Shown here piece after piece: positions 1 to 11,400 of a stretch of DNA of 64,000 nucleotides. This DNA is from Phaeosaccion multiseriatum (Eukaryota; Protista; Ochrophyta, other classes): the NCBI GenBank assembly GCA_965112735.1, contig OZ218953.1, positions 3,906,001 to 3,970,000 of the forward strand, given 5' to 3'. Position numbers and translations under genes: made by a program. The notes below the pieces were generated by a model. That model ran no database searches and was not told the DNA's origin. It saw nothing but the letters and a program-made list of their open reading frames with translations. The first letter of the stretch is position 1. Every line of letters starts with the position of its first letter.

Positions 1-1283
1 GGAGTGATTGAGACCATTGACTTGAACAGCAACGAGGCCAAGCACTCGGACAAGGCTTGGGAAGGAAAGGTAAGAGCCGCGGCGGCAGGTGCCATCAACA
101 CATACACGTACATATTCTGGACTCCCGCCGTTCTTCTGTGCTGATCCCTACGCTTCATAGCCTGACTTCTTCTCTCGACACTCCACAGGACGGCACGTCC
201 ATCACATTTAAGTGGGCTGCCTTCGCGGAGGACATCAGTGGAGAGGTGAGGATAAGGATATGGCCCGGGCACTAAATAGTGCGTGGAAGGTGTTGGCAGC
301 GGAAAATTCGCGTGAGTCGTCGTGCAGAGCCCGGATTAGAGATGGGCCTGGTTAGCTTCTCCAGCTGCTGCTGCTACTGCTGCTCCCGCTGCTGCTGCTA
401 AGTATTACCCCACACACACACATCTCCCACACCCCTATACAGCTCGAAGCCATGGTGGGGTCCGGCGATAACCACCCGGCTGACCTCCTCATCGTCGGAG
501 GGGGGCTCTGGGACGCCCTGCACGAGCACAACGCGCCGCAGTACGGCCGCACTCTCGAGACGGTGGCCAAGCACATCTCACGCGTGGGTATTTCTCTCAT
601 ATTATCACAGTTCACTTGTTCCGGTGGGACTTTCTCTCTCTATCTCTCTCTTTTGCTATCTGCGCTGCACCACCGCGGTCGGCCCAAAGATCTGACCCCT
701 GACCCTTCCCATCGCCTGGGACTCTCGCTCCCGATGCTCGTCGCCCTCCCCTCTTTCAGCTGCGAGAAGGCAAGGGCGTGCGTGTGGTGTGGTCACGGAC
801 CACTGCCGTGGTGGAGGCGAAGCTTGAGAGCCCCAGCAAGAAAGAGTATCTCTCGGCCGCGCATGTTGCCGAATATACGGTAAGGAGGCTTGTAGGCACG
901 CTCTCAGCTGCTCTTGTCTGGGAGAAGAGAAGTCAGAGGAAGGATGGCGTATTGCAGGTCGCGTTTGGCTTTCGTTTCCTGGCCACGGACCCGGGATTTT
1001 GTCTTGGCTTCTCTTGCCTTTCTCCTTCAGCCCCACCCCCCCCTCATTTCCTTTTCTCCCTTCCTCGCCAGGATGCTGCGGATTCGAGTGGTGTAATGAG
1101 CGCAGTGGATGCCGTTTTGGACGGCTACCGCATCACTTCGCAGCACACGGGCGACACGGAAGACGGCATTCACTACGCCGACTTCATCTACGACGCCTTT
1201 GCTCAGATTCATGTGGGTGTTAGTGCTGTGCTCTCCCCTCTCCTCTTGACATGTCTCTGTGTCTCTCTTCTCTCTCTCCGCCT

Positions 1284-1324
<41 letters not shown>

Positions 1325-1691
1325 AAGAGCTCTCTTGTCCCACTTCTCACTCTGGTTGTGCACCGCACCCACGACGTGACAACTTGCACAGGGAAACATC
1401 ATGCAAATCTTTGGGTGGGGCGCTCGGCGGAGAACGTCCGCCCTCGCCCCGCCGGTGCCTCCCTCTCGGCATCACCAGCGCATTCTAGAGCTGGAAGGAC
1501 ATCACATTGGCAAGATGGCCAACCCTTTCCTGGGGGCCCTCGTGGTCGGGGCTGCCTGCATCATGATTCTGTATATGGATGCCTACGTGGGTCTCACGAG
1601 GCTCGCCATGAGCACCATCGGGCAGCAGACCCTTGTATGGGAAGACGCGTACGGCCCGCTATTGAGCAAGCTCGGACGGCCTCTGCAGTAA
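1..1691 (+). CDS. CASD1/PC-esterase-like SGNH-fold O-acyltransferase/esterase domain protein with C-terminal TM segment (5' end outside window)
   Basis: Exons approx 1-69, 190-246, 443-583, 760-878, 1072-1212, 1392-1691 join in frame via GT-AG. Motifs GGGLWD and DGIHY (DxxH catalytic motif). Hydrophobic segment FLGALVVGAACIMILY near the C-terminus. Confidence 0.6.
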
Positions 1692-2159
1692 GCGAGGCGA
1701 GAGGAGGACAGAATAGGGGAACCGGAGCACAAGAAACGACAGCACACCGACCTCTCTGGCCGACATTGCTGACCCACATGGCAGCCTAGTCGTTGTGCTC
1801 TCGTCAAGTCTTTGCGCTGCAGCCACGCAGCTTGGGATCTTTGGTGCTGTTCTTCCGTGTGCTCCACTTCCCCACTCATGTAGGACAGCCATGAAGCCTC
1901 GTCTTTGTAAACCCTGTGCCTCGGGTTTCTTTAGCTTGTTCACTTGCTCTTTGGAGCTTGCATCTTCTTGTCTTCTCTGTTACTGCTGGCCCCATCCGAG
2001 TTGGTCATAGCCATGGTCCAGTGGGACAGGATGGAGGTGAAGCTCCAGTGCTACCAGTACTTCTGTAGAATTGTGAAGTGTATGGAAGGGGGATGGGAAA
2101 AGGCCTCACGTTTTTGTTTTTTTTCTATTCACTTGTCCACCCACTAGGCAGTAGGTACC

Positions 2160-3347
2160 TCACAGCTCGCTGCCGGGCGCCTGTGCCATCAAGCCTAAAT
2201 TGGACAGCACAAAGTCCGGCAGCTGGGTCTTGTCTGGCCACGCACCCAAGTCTTCAGGGCTGGTGCAGCCAGTCATGACCAGAATTGTACTCATGCCGCC
2301 GTTCTTGCCCAACATAACGTCAGTGTCTACCCGATCTCCTACCATAACCGTCCTTTTGGGATCCAGGCTGTACTTTGTCAGGAGCCGTTGGGCCAACCAC
2401 CGGGACGGCTTGCCTACCACTACAGGCTTTCTCCGGACGCTCGTCGAGAGCGCAGCCACGAGACAGCCATTGCCAGGGATATTCCCTCCCTTGAGCACAT
2501 CGTAATCGTCGTCGTTAGTAGACACAAACAAGCATTTGGGTATCTTTAGTCGTCGTGGCCCTTCTGGCCCTTCCATGTCGTCCTTCTGCTGTTGCAGATA
2601 CAAGGACCCAATGGAGAGCTTTCGAAAGTCAAACCCGAGGTCCCACCCACAGACAACGGCATCCACAGAGGCATCCAGGGCCGCTGCTTCACGTATGAAC
2701 TGCTGCTCTGTGAACACTCCCCTCGATTGCTCTTGCTGCTGCTCCTCCCTCCCTTCCTGCGCGGACCCCACGGCGGCAGCCCCGCCCACCACCTCAATAC
2801 CGTGCTCCTCAAGCTCCTCCTGCAGGCCGGCACTACCAATCACAAATGCCTTGCGCACTTCGGGGTGCTCGCTGCTCAGATAGTCGGCGGCACAGTAGCT
2901 GCTCGGAACGATCTGATCTGCCCTAACCTCAACGCCAAGCCCCTTAAACTTGGCCGCATATTGTTGCCTACTCTTGCTCGAGTTGTTGGTGACAAAGAGA
3001 ACCTGCTTACCCAGCGCGGTGAGGAGATTGAGCGTCTCTCGAGTGCCAGGGAGAAGCTCGCCGCCCCTCCACAGCACCCCATCGCAATCGAATATCCATG
3101 AGTCGTACTGCTCGAGCAAGGATTGAGTCTGCTCTGGGGTAGTCATTGCAGTGAAAGACCCTTCTCTGAGAGCTTCCCCCACCACTTGAACCTCCTTCTG
3201 CAAATTGCTCATCTCCCGAGCAAAATCCAAGTCCCTCGCGGCCATCGTCATCCCTTTTATGTCTTGATGCAAGGCACCAGGAAACGCCGACGGCCTCCGC
3301 AAAGAAGCCCCGGCAGTCAGTAGAAACGCTAGTCCTGCGCTGACCAT
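2160..3347 (-). CDS. PGP: Phosphoglycolate phosphatase-like HAD class IIA hydrolase, probably plastid-targeted
   Basis: Intronless 395 aa ORF. HAD motifs FDCDGVLW, FVTNNSSKSR, GKPS and MVGDRVDTD. Hydrophobic N-terminus followed by SAF (bipartite leader-like). Confidence 0.88.
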   Translation of the reverse strand: MVSAGLAFLLTAGASLRRPSAFPGALHQDIKGMTMAARDLDFAREMSNLQKEVQVVGEALREGSFTAMTTPEQTQSLLEQYDSWIFDCDGVLWRGGELLPGTRETLNLLTALGKQVLFVTNNSSKSRQQYAAKFKGLGVEVRADQIVPSSYCAADYLSSEHPEVRKAFVIGSAGLQEELEEHGIEVVGGAAAVGSAQEGREEQQQEQSRGVFTEQQFIREAAALDASVDAVVCGWDLGFDFRKLSIGSLYLQQQKDDMEGPEGPRRLKIPKCLFVSTNDDDYDVLKGGNIPGNGCLVAALSTSVRRKPVVVGKPSRWLAQRLLTKYSLDPKRTVMVGDRVDTDVMLGKNGGMSTILVMTGCTSPEDLGAWPDKTQLPDFVLSNLGLMAQAPGSEL

Positions 3348-3468
3348 CAGGGGGAAAGCGTTGGACTGGGATTAATTGATCAGTTGTAATTGATTAGTCG
3401 CTAAGTTTCCGTTTCAGTTTCTTGTTGGCGATGTGGTTCTCTATGTATGGCTTGTTCACAGCTCCCGG

Positions 3469-3525
3469 TTCCTCCATCTTTTCCTCCATCTTTTAAGTCA
3501 ATAAAGTATGTTTCCTCCATCTTTT
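3469..3525. repeat. Three copies of TTCCTCCATCTTTT upstream of PGP
   Basis: Direct repeats read at about 3469, 3481 and 3512. Confidence 0.8.
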
Positions 3526-3533
3526 CCCTTTCC

Positions 3534-3645
3534 GCTCCAGACTGGCCTAGAAGCCTAAGCTAAGGCTTAGAGACGAAATTCGGCCGGCCTAGGGGGACCG
3601 CAGGCCCCCGGCCTAGGCCTATTTTTGGCGCAGCCCCCCCGGCCT
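3534..3645. repeat. Dispersed GC-rich palindromic element (GGCCTAG family), copy A
   Basis: Shares GCTCCAGACTGG, TAGAGACGAAATTCGGCCGGCCT, AGGCCCCCGGC and GGCGCAGCCCCCCCGGCCT, in the same order, with 31453-31599. Confidence 0.85.
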
Positions 3646-3703
3646 GAGGATAGCCCGCCTGCCTGCCTGCCTTCCTTCTATGGCTCTTTATATTACATAC
3701 AAC

Positions 3704-5139
3704 CTATTTCTTGCCCTTTTTGCCCTTCTTCCCCCCCTTTGCCTTCTTCGCTCCCTTGGTGGCCACTTTGATCTTGAGGTTGAGCTTGAAGGCCTCCTGG
3801 ATCACCTTGGCCGCGCGGTTCTGGCGAATACTATTGAGCGACGCTGTCCTTTCTGCCTCCATTCTCTTCTTCTTCTCCAGCTCAAGCTCTTCCTTCAGCG
3901 CCAACTCATTCCGCCGTCGCTCTGATAATTCGTCCAAGTTCAAGAGCATCTCTTCGCGCTCCTGCACGAGACTGTTATACTTTCTCTCCAGGGCGCCGTA
4001 CTCCGTGGCGTACTTCTCCTCCCAACTGTCCAGCTCGTCCATGAGCTGCCTCCTCTTGTTCTCGAGGAAGTCCATCGTCTCCTTGTGGGCCTCGTGCTCC
4101 ACCTCCTTCTTCTTCTCAAACTCCTTCACCGTTTGCTCCAGGGCTCTCTCTTGCTGCCGATGTACGCGCAACAACGCGCCCACCTTGGCGTTGTTGGCCT
4201 TCCGGGAGTACTTGACGTCCACCGCGGTCTTATACTTGACCGACGAAAGCGTCTCTTTGAGCTCTATCATTGCGCCCTTGTGCCCAGTCGCCTGCCTGGT
4301 GAACTCCCCCCTCTCACTGGACAAATCTGCTTCTAATTTCTTCACCGTCGCCGTGGCCTCCTTCTCTCTCCGCACCAACTCACTCTGCCGATTTTGAGAC
4401 ATGCGATCCTCTTCTACCACGTTGATGAGCGCTGTGAATGTGCCCCTCTCGGCAAGTTCTCGACAGGATCGGCTCAGCAGCTCAATCAAGTCCGAGCGCT
4501 CTCTCTGAATCTTGACCAAATTTCCACTGCAGGGTGAGAGTGAGAGGCAAAGGGCAAAGAGTCGTAGGAGAGGGTGCAGGTTAACGTCATGAGCAAAAGA
4601 GACGGACAGGCAAAGAGAGACACGCTGGCAAGGAAGAGGGCGAGGGGGCTATAGTATCGGGCTGGAGAGGAAAGCCTGACCGGATAGAAGAAAAAGGATG
4701 TCCCTTTCGGGAAGTCCACGAGGCCGCTGTCGTAGCAGCACACACAAGTATACAAGCACCCCCCTTCCAAGCCGACTAACCTTATGTTGGGATTGTCCTT
4801 GAGATTTCTACACAGATTCTTGGTGCTTTCCCGCAGCGCGCGGCTGACGTCCTGAATCTGCATCTGCACTTCCTTGTAGGCACTCTTGTTGGCCAGGCCC
4901 TTCAAAGCACTCCGCTGTGTAATGAGGTCCTCGTATCGCGTCTCCAATTGGCGCTGGTCATGGATGATCCTGCTGATCTCGTCCCCCACAAACTTACTGA
5001 GCTCCTCCCTGTGCTGCAGAACGTCCGGCGTGATACTGCCCAAGAAGCTCAGCTTCTCCATGCACTCCTCCATCACAGCAATGCCCCGATGCGCCTCCTC
5101 CGAGGACATCTGGAGCTCGCTGTCATTCTCCTTGCCCAT
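3704..5139 (-). CDS. DRC9: Dynein regulatory complex subunit 9 (IQCG), coiled-coil with C-terminal IQ-like motif
   Basis: Exons 5139-4781 and 4526-3704 (junction NPNISGNLVKIQ). Long coiled coil, AAKVIQ motif and KGKKGKK tail, typical of IQCG/DRC9. Confidence 0.78.
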
Positions 5140-5477
5140 CTTCTCCCAGAGGAGAGGAGGCAGTAGTCCCTCGCCGCTCGTAAGGCCAAAAAAATCGAAA
5201 CCGTCACTGCCTTACAAAAACCCCGGGGGCCCCGCCTTAGCGCCCGACGTGATCGACGAAGATTCTCCCACAGAGGCGAGGCGCGATAGAGGAGACTATA
5301 AGGACGATAGACATCATCGGGTTATGGGCTCGGATATACGGTTTGTTGGATGCTCCGTGGGTGCTCGCCATTCCATCAGTCTTCGCTGAACACGGCAACG
5401 TGGCTGAAAAGTTCTTTCCGTAGGCAGGGCGAGAGAGCCGCTGGCATCGAACGCCAGAGGCAGCAGCGCCAGGGGTG

Positions 5478-8400
5478 ATGGAGACTATAGTGAACAGAGC
5501 GCTGCAGCGTATTGTGGCTGACGCTGGCAAGAGGCAGAGAGATTGCAAGACGGCATGCAAGGACTCCTTAGGTGAGTCTGGTCTTAGCTGCCTGCGAGTT
5601 GTGGCGGACCCGAGTCTCTCGCAGAAAAGTGGGAGTGTATTCAGGCTCATGCGGGAGAAGATTCCTTGTGGTCAGGCGTTGGCATTTATTGTGCTCCTGC
5701 CAAAGAGCGGCGTGATCCAACTCCCCTGGACCCTGTTCTCCGCTTTCCATTTTGCTCACGATTGCGCTTCGCAGGGATTGTAACACTCTTTTTAATCCTC
5801 CGCCTTTTTCCTGTTCCGTAGAGAGATTGCAGAGTCTAGAGCAGATTCACAAGAATGAAGCCGCCGCGGCTGCTGCTGCTGCCGCGGAATCTGCTGAAGG
5901 AGGGCGGGGCGCAGAGGATGAGCAGCAGACGATGGAAGGAGAGGGGCAGCCACCGAGCTCCCGAGACGCCATGTACGCCAATCCCTATGTAAAGGGCCTG
6001 ATGTTGGCGGTTGCATCTGGTCAGCCCAAGCTTATGGTCACAGCCTTAGACGCCTTTGCAAAGCTGGTGGCGCACGGCTATATCGAGGTGCGTGTGTCCT
6101 CACCTCGAATGAAAGGGAGACATTCGCTTGCTTGCTTTGCTCAGCACCTTCCTACGCTGGCCCCTGCGTTTCCCGCCCCTGCCCTCCCCCTCCCCCCTCG
6201 CTCCCCCACGCGCTCGCAAAGGCCGTGGAGGTTGAGTCGCCTCGAAATGGCACACGCCGCGGTCGCGTGGAGCAGGAGCGGCCGGACGACGGGAGGGCCA
6301 CTCCCAGGACGTTTATCGACGAGCTTGTGGAGCTCATTTGCAGGTGTGTGGAACTGTGTGGGGAAGGAGGCAAAAGAGGGATATCTTTGTGGATGCGCGC
6401 AGGACAGAGCTGTGCCGCAAGCCATTGTCCACATTTGGCATTTGTACTCACTTGTGTACAGTAAGGACGCCGAAAATCTTAGTTTTGAACCCTGCTGCTA
6501 CTTGTCTCTGTTCTCCTCTCCTGTCGCCTGCTTGCCTCTGCTCTCCTCTCGATGCGGCAGCTGCGAACTCGAAGACGACAAAGTTCAGCTGCGTATCATT
6601 CAGGTGCTACTGACCTTCGTCACAGCCAACTCTGTGCCGGTACACGAAGGCAGCTTGCTCCTTGCCGTAAAGACCATTTTCACAGTGCATCTGTGCTCGC
6701 ACAATCCCGTCAACAAGATGACAGCAAACGTGAGAAAGGGACGGGGGCGGGCGAGGGGGGGGAAGAGCCGATACAGAGCCACGAGCCCAATCTCTTCCCG
6801 AGTTGCTCTACTCGTGCCTCACTGCCTCAATCCATGCCTTACTCCGTCGCGCAGGCCTCTTTGCAGCAGATGCTCAGTGCGGTGTTCATGAGGATGGAGC
6901 TGGAGGACAAGGAGCTACGGGCGCAGCGGAAGGGACCAGAAGCAGTCACAGTACAGAGAGCAGAGGCCGAGGGTGAGGTCTCAGCAGCGGCAGCGGTGGC
7001 AGGCCTCGACGTGGAGAAAGACGTTGGCAAACAGGGCGGGAAGGAGGAGAACACGGTGTCCAACCAAACAGGGGGGAAAGCGAGTAGTAGTAGTAGTAGT
7101 AGTAGCCCGTCAGCGCCATTGGGGGCGAATCATGACGAGCTGGACGAGTCTTCTCTCCCTCCCCTCCCTCCCCCTCTGCTTTGCCCGGAGACGATGTACC
7201 CCGAGGTGTGGGCGCACTTGAAGATGGCACAAGCATACGGGCCGAGGCCGTGCCCACAGCGGCTGGCCATCGCCCTGGCTAGACGGCGACGCGAGGCGTT
7301 GGGAGGCCTTCCCACGGTGCATCATAAAGACGCTTTTCTGCTCTTTCGGGCCCTGTGCGTGCTGTCCGTGCAGGCGGAGAATACCCCGGACGACTTGGGT
7401 GCCCAGGGCGGCTCTGCTGCCGTGGTGGAGGCCCGTCAGCTGGAGAGCAAGCTCCTGAGTTTGGAGCTCCTGCTTGGTATATTGGAGAGGGCAGGACCGG
7501 CATTCTGCAGCACGGAGAAGTTTGTGTGGGCGGTAACCAACCTTCTCTGCTCCTCCGTGCTGAAGAACTGCACCAAGTCCAACACGGACGTCGTGGGGCT
7601 GAGCTTGCGACTCTTCGTCATGCTCTCTCGCCTCTTCAAAGACCACTTGAAGAATGAGGTCGAGGTGTTTATGACGAACGTGTTTCTGCGCATGCTGGAG
7701 AGCGAGAACAGCTCTCAAGAGCACAAGGTCAGTGGAGGAGATACTAGTGCGTGGAGTGCGTGGGCTGGCTCATTGCGCTTGCTTGGCTCATGCAGGGGCT
7801 GTGGCAGCGTGCGTGTGGATGGTTTGTTGGTTGGTGGAGGGCCGGCTTTCGACAAGCGAGTTCCGGGCATGGTCGCATTCGAAACTTCTCCCCGCTCTCC
7901 CCTCTGCCTCTGTAAGACATCTTGCAACATCCATCCCCTTTCCTTCTTTTCTGTGTACTCTCTCTTACTCCCGTTTCTCGGTTATCTCTCGCACTGCTCC
8001 CCCCCCCCTCCTTCTGCTCAGTCCCTCGTGCTAGATGTGGTGCTGGCCATTTGTGACTCGCCGGACATGCTCGTGGAGATCTTTTTGAATTACGACTGCG
8101 ATTTCGAGGCCATCGACTTGTACCAGAGAATCGTCGATGCGCTCTCCAAGGTGTCCAAAGGCAAGGGTGTGCATACGGACATGGGCTACGAGGTATGTCT
8201 ACAGTTGGTGCTCTGCCGCCTCTCTCTCTCTCTCCGCGCTTGTCCAGTCCTCCATCCGTTTCCTTCTTTTCCTCGGGCTGTCATTACACCCAAGCTGGCT
8301 CCGAGCCCCCCCCCCCCCCTCCCCCGCCTGTGTCCTGGCAGTCCTTCCCCTCCCCGCCTCCTTGTCCAACCCCAACTCCATCCCGTCCTTCCCTCTCTTG

Positions 8401-11400
8401 CATGCGGTGTCGTCTTGTCTATTCTACTCACACAACCTCCATCCACAGGCCGAACAGAGCGACTTGTCTCTCCGAGAGAAGGGCCTGCGCGGCATGACGG
8501 CCATCTTGGACACCATGTTAGAGTGCGTCGGGGAGAGCGTTCTCAAGGCGGGGGGTGCGGGTAATGGTAGCAATGGGCAGGGAGAAGTGGCCGCAGCAGT
8601 GGCGGCAGCAGCGGGGATGGGGACAGGAGCGTACATGCCTGATGGGACTGTCCAAGGGTCAGCCGCAGCTGCAGCCGCCGCAGCAGCAGCAGCCGGAGGA
8701 GGAGGAGGAGGAGGAGGGAAGAGTGGGGGGTCGCAGAGTTGGGAAGGAGAGAGTGAGGCGCCCTGGAGCTCGGGCCCAGCCAGGAGTGGGTCCAACGGCA
8801 ATCTCAATGGGTCAGGGGGTGCGGTGCGGAGAAAGGGAAGCTTGGTCAACGCGCCAGTGGTGGGGTCCGAAGACACGGACGTGAGTGGGATTTTTTGAGT
8901 GGGACTGCGACTGGGACTCGAGCTTATGGATGTGCTCGCTAGCATGCATGCCGTCTTGTTTTGTGCGTCTTGTGCGTATTGTATTGGGCACGTGGGAAGG
9001 ACGAAGGCGTTTCGGGTGTCTGGTGGTGGAACTTGGTTCATTCACTCTGTCAGCACCGCCCCCCTTGCTATACACCCCCTGACGACTCCTTCCTTTTCTT
9101 TCTTGTCTTGGCGTTTGTTCCTCCCACGCGGGATGGGAGCAGAAGAGCCCCGTGACGATGGTACAAGAGTACGACCGAAAGAAGAAGCTCATGAGCAACT
9201 TGGAGGCAGGCTTTGTGCGCTTCAACATTGCACCGCACAAGGGCATCCTCTACCTCGTGGAGAAGGGCCTGTTGGAGTACGAGCCTGCCGCAGTGGCCGC
9301 CTTTCTGGTCAAGCACGTGGACAAGCTCGACAAGACGCAGATTGGCGACTACCTGGGCAAGGAGAAGGACTACAAAGAGGGCTTTGCGCAGGGCGTCATG
9401 CACGCTTTTGTGGACCAGATGGACTTTACAGGCATGACGTTCGATGGGGCTATTCGCCACTTCTTGTCGGGCTTTCGCCTGCCTGGGGAGGCACAAAAGA
9501 TTGACCGAATGATGGAGAAGTTTGCAGAGCGGTACTGCCTTCAGGTAAGGGTTAAGGTTAGACTAGGGGAGGGGGCACACTGAGGGAAGTGTATGCTCTC
9601 CAAGTCCCTTCTCTTTCTGTTCGCGACAGGAGCTCAGTTGGATGATGTTCCTCGCCTTACCTTTCCCGTCTTTCCAAGCTTCACAACATGTCTCTCACAC
9701 ACCCTCTTCTGTCCCCCCCCCTCTCTCTCTCTGTCCACCCTCTCCCTGTCGCACTCTCCAGAACCCTTCGGCCTTCCCCTCCGCAGACACGGCCTTCATC
9801 CTGGCCTTCAGCGTCATCATGCTCAACACAGATCTACACAACCCGTCGATCAAGGAGGACCGACGCATGACCAAGGCGGGCTTCCTGGGCAACAACAGGG
9901 GCATTGCCAACGGACAGAACTTGCCCGATGAGTTCTTACTCGGCATCTACGATGTGAGTGCATCATTCATGGACAGGAAAAGGCTCCGCACTTCGGTACA
10001 TACTCCCCCCTCTTTTCCCCGTCTGAAATGTGCTTCTCTAGCCTGACCTCACAGCTCACGCCACGCGCTCTTGGTCTTTGCATGCCCCCTCTCCCTCGCA
10101 TACCCATCTCTCCCCTCCAACCTTCCAACGTGTGCTCGGACTGTTTGATACGTGCGCTCTGCAGCGTATCAAAGAGGCGGCCATCTCCCTCAAAGAGGAC
10201 GATGCCCAGAGAGAAAGAATACAGCAGGGCACCTCCGCGTCGGCCGCGCCGAATCCTCTCCAGTTCTACTTTACGGGGGGGGCACATACCGTCAATGTCA
10301 AGAAGAAGGTTCGTCGGTTCGTACGCTTCGTTTCTAAAGGATGCGAGCAGCACGCACTCTAATGCTCTTTTACTTCCTCCCCCTTCTTCGCTGGTGAATC
10401 GAGAAAAAGCTGTGCTGCCCGCTCTCACGTGTGCAACCTACCTGCCTGGCCCCAACCACTTACTTGCGCAGGAGGCGTTTGACAAGGAGAGGGAGGACAT
10501 GATCAAGGTCAGCGAGGCGCTTGTGAGGCAGAGGAAGAAGAAGGCCACTGTCCAGGTAACATGACATGCGCAAACGGAATGCACACTGCACCGCACACGA
10601 GGGCGGTGATCGCATGCATGCCTCCCTCTTCGTGTGGCTGGGAGTGGTTGGGAAGCGAGCAAGTCGCTCGGAGTGACTCGTATCCACCTACCCTTCTCTC
10701 GAACAGCACTCACCTTCGCTTCTTCCCCGGCCCCAATCTCTTACGCACACACAGGGTGGTGATGATGACGAGCCCCAGGGGGGGGGCGGTAGCGACAGTG
10801 GAGGCGCGGGGGGCGCCCATCGCACAACCTTCATTTCCCACACCAACATGGACGTGTCGGGAGAGATTGTGGAAGTGGTAAGGGCCATGTTCGAGGTGGC
10901 TTGGTGGCCGATGCTCGGGGCCTTCAGTCAGGTGAGTATGTGGGGAGTGAGTTCCTTAGGGGGGGGGGGGGGGTGGAAGAGGGGGGTTGAGGCTTGGACG
11001 TTGGGGTTGAGCTTTCAAGCTTTTGAGAGAATGCCACCTCCGGAATGTGCGTTGGAAGCTTCCTCCTCCTCCTCCTCCTCCTCCTCCTCCTCCTCCTCCT
11101 CCTCCTTCTCCAACTTCTGTGAAGCCTCGCGTATTGAGTTACTCCATGGACACGTATACACACACGCACATACACAGGTCCTGGAGGAGTGTGGGCACAA
11201 CAGCGACAACGGGACCGATTCGCTCGACATGGACCCCCTGGGGGCGTCGATGGTCCGCCTCTGCCTGCTCGGCTGCAGGTTCGGGATAAGGCTTGGGGCG
11301 GTAACGGCGGTTGAGGGGGAGGCAGCAACGGCTCGAGAGACATTCATCAACGGTAGGCGTCGGCTGAAGCGGGCGGGGGAGAGGTTGAACAAGGGCATGG

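Noticed and set aside
5390-5404. X-box-like half site (GGCAAC) upstream of ciliary DRC9
   Set aside because: It is only a half site, and RFX control of ciliary genes is established for animals, not stramenopiles.
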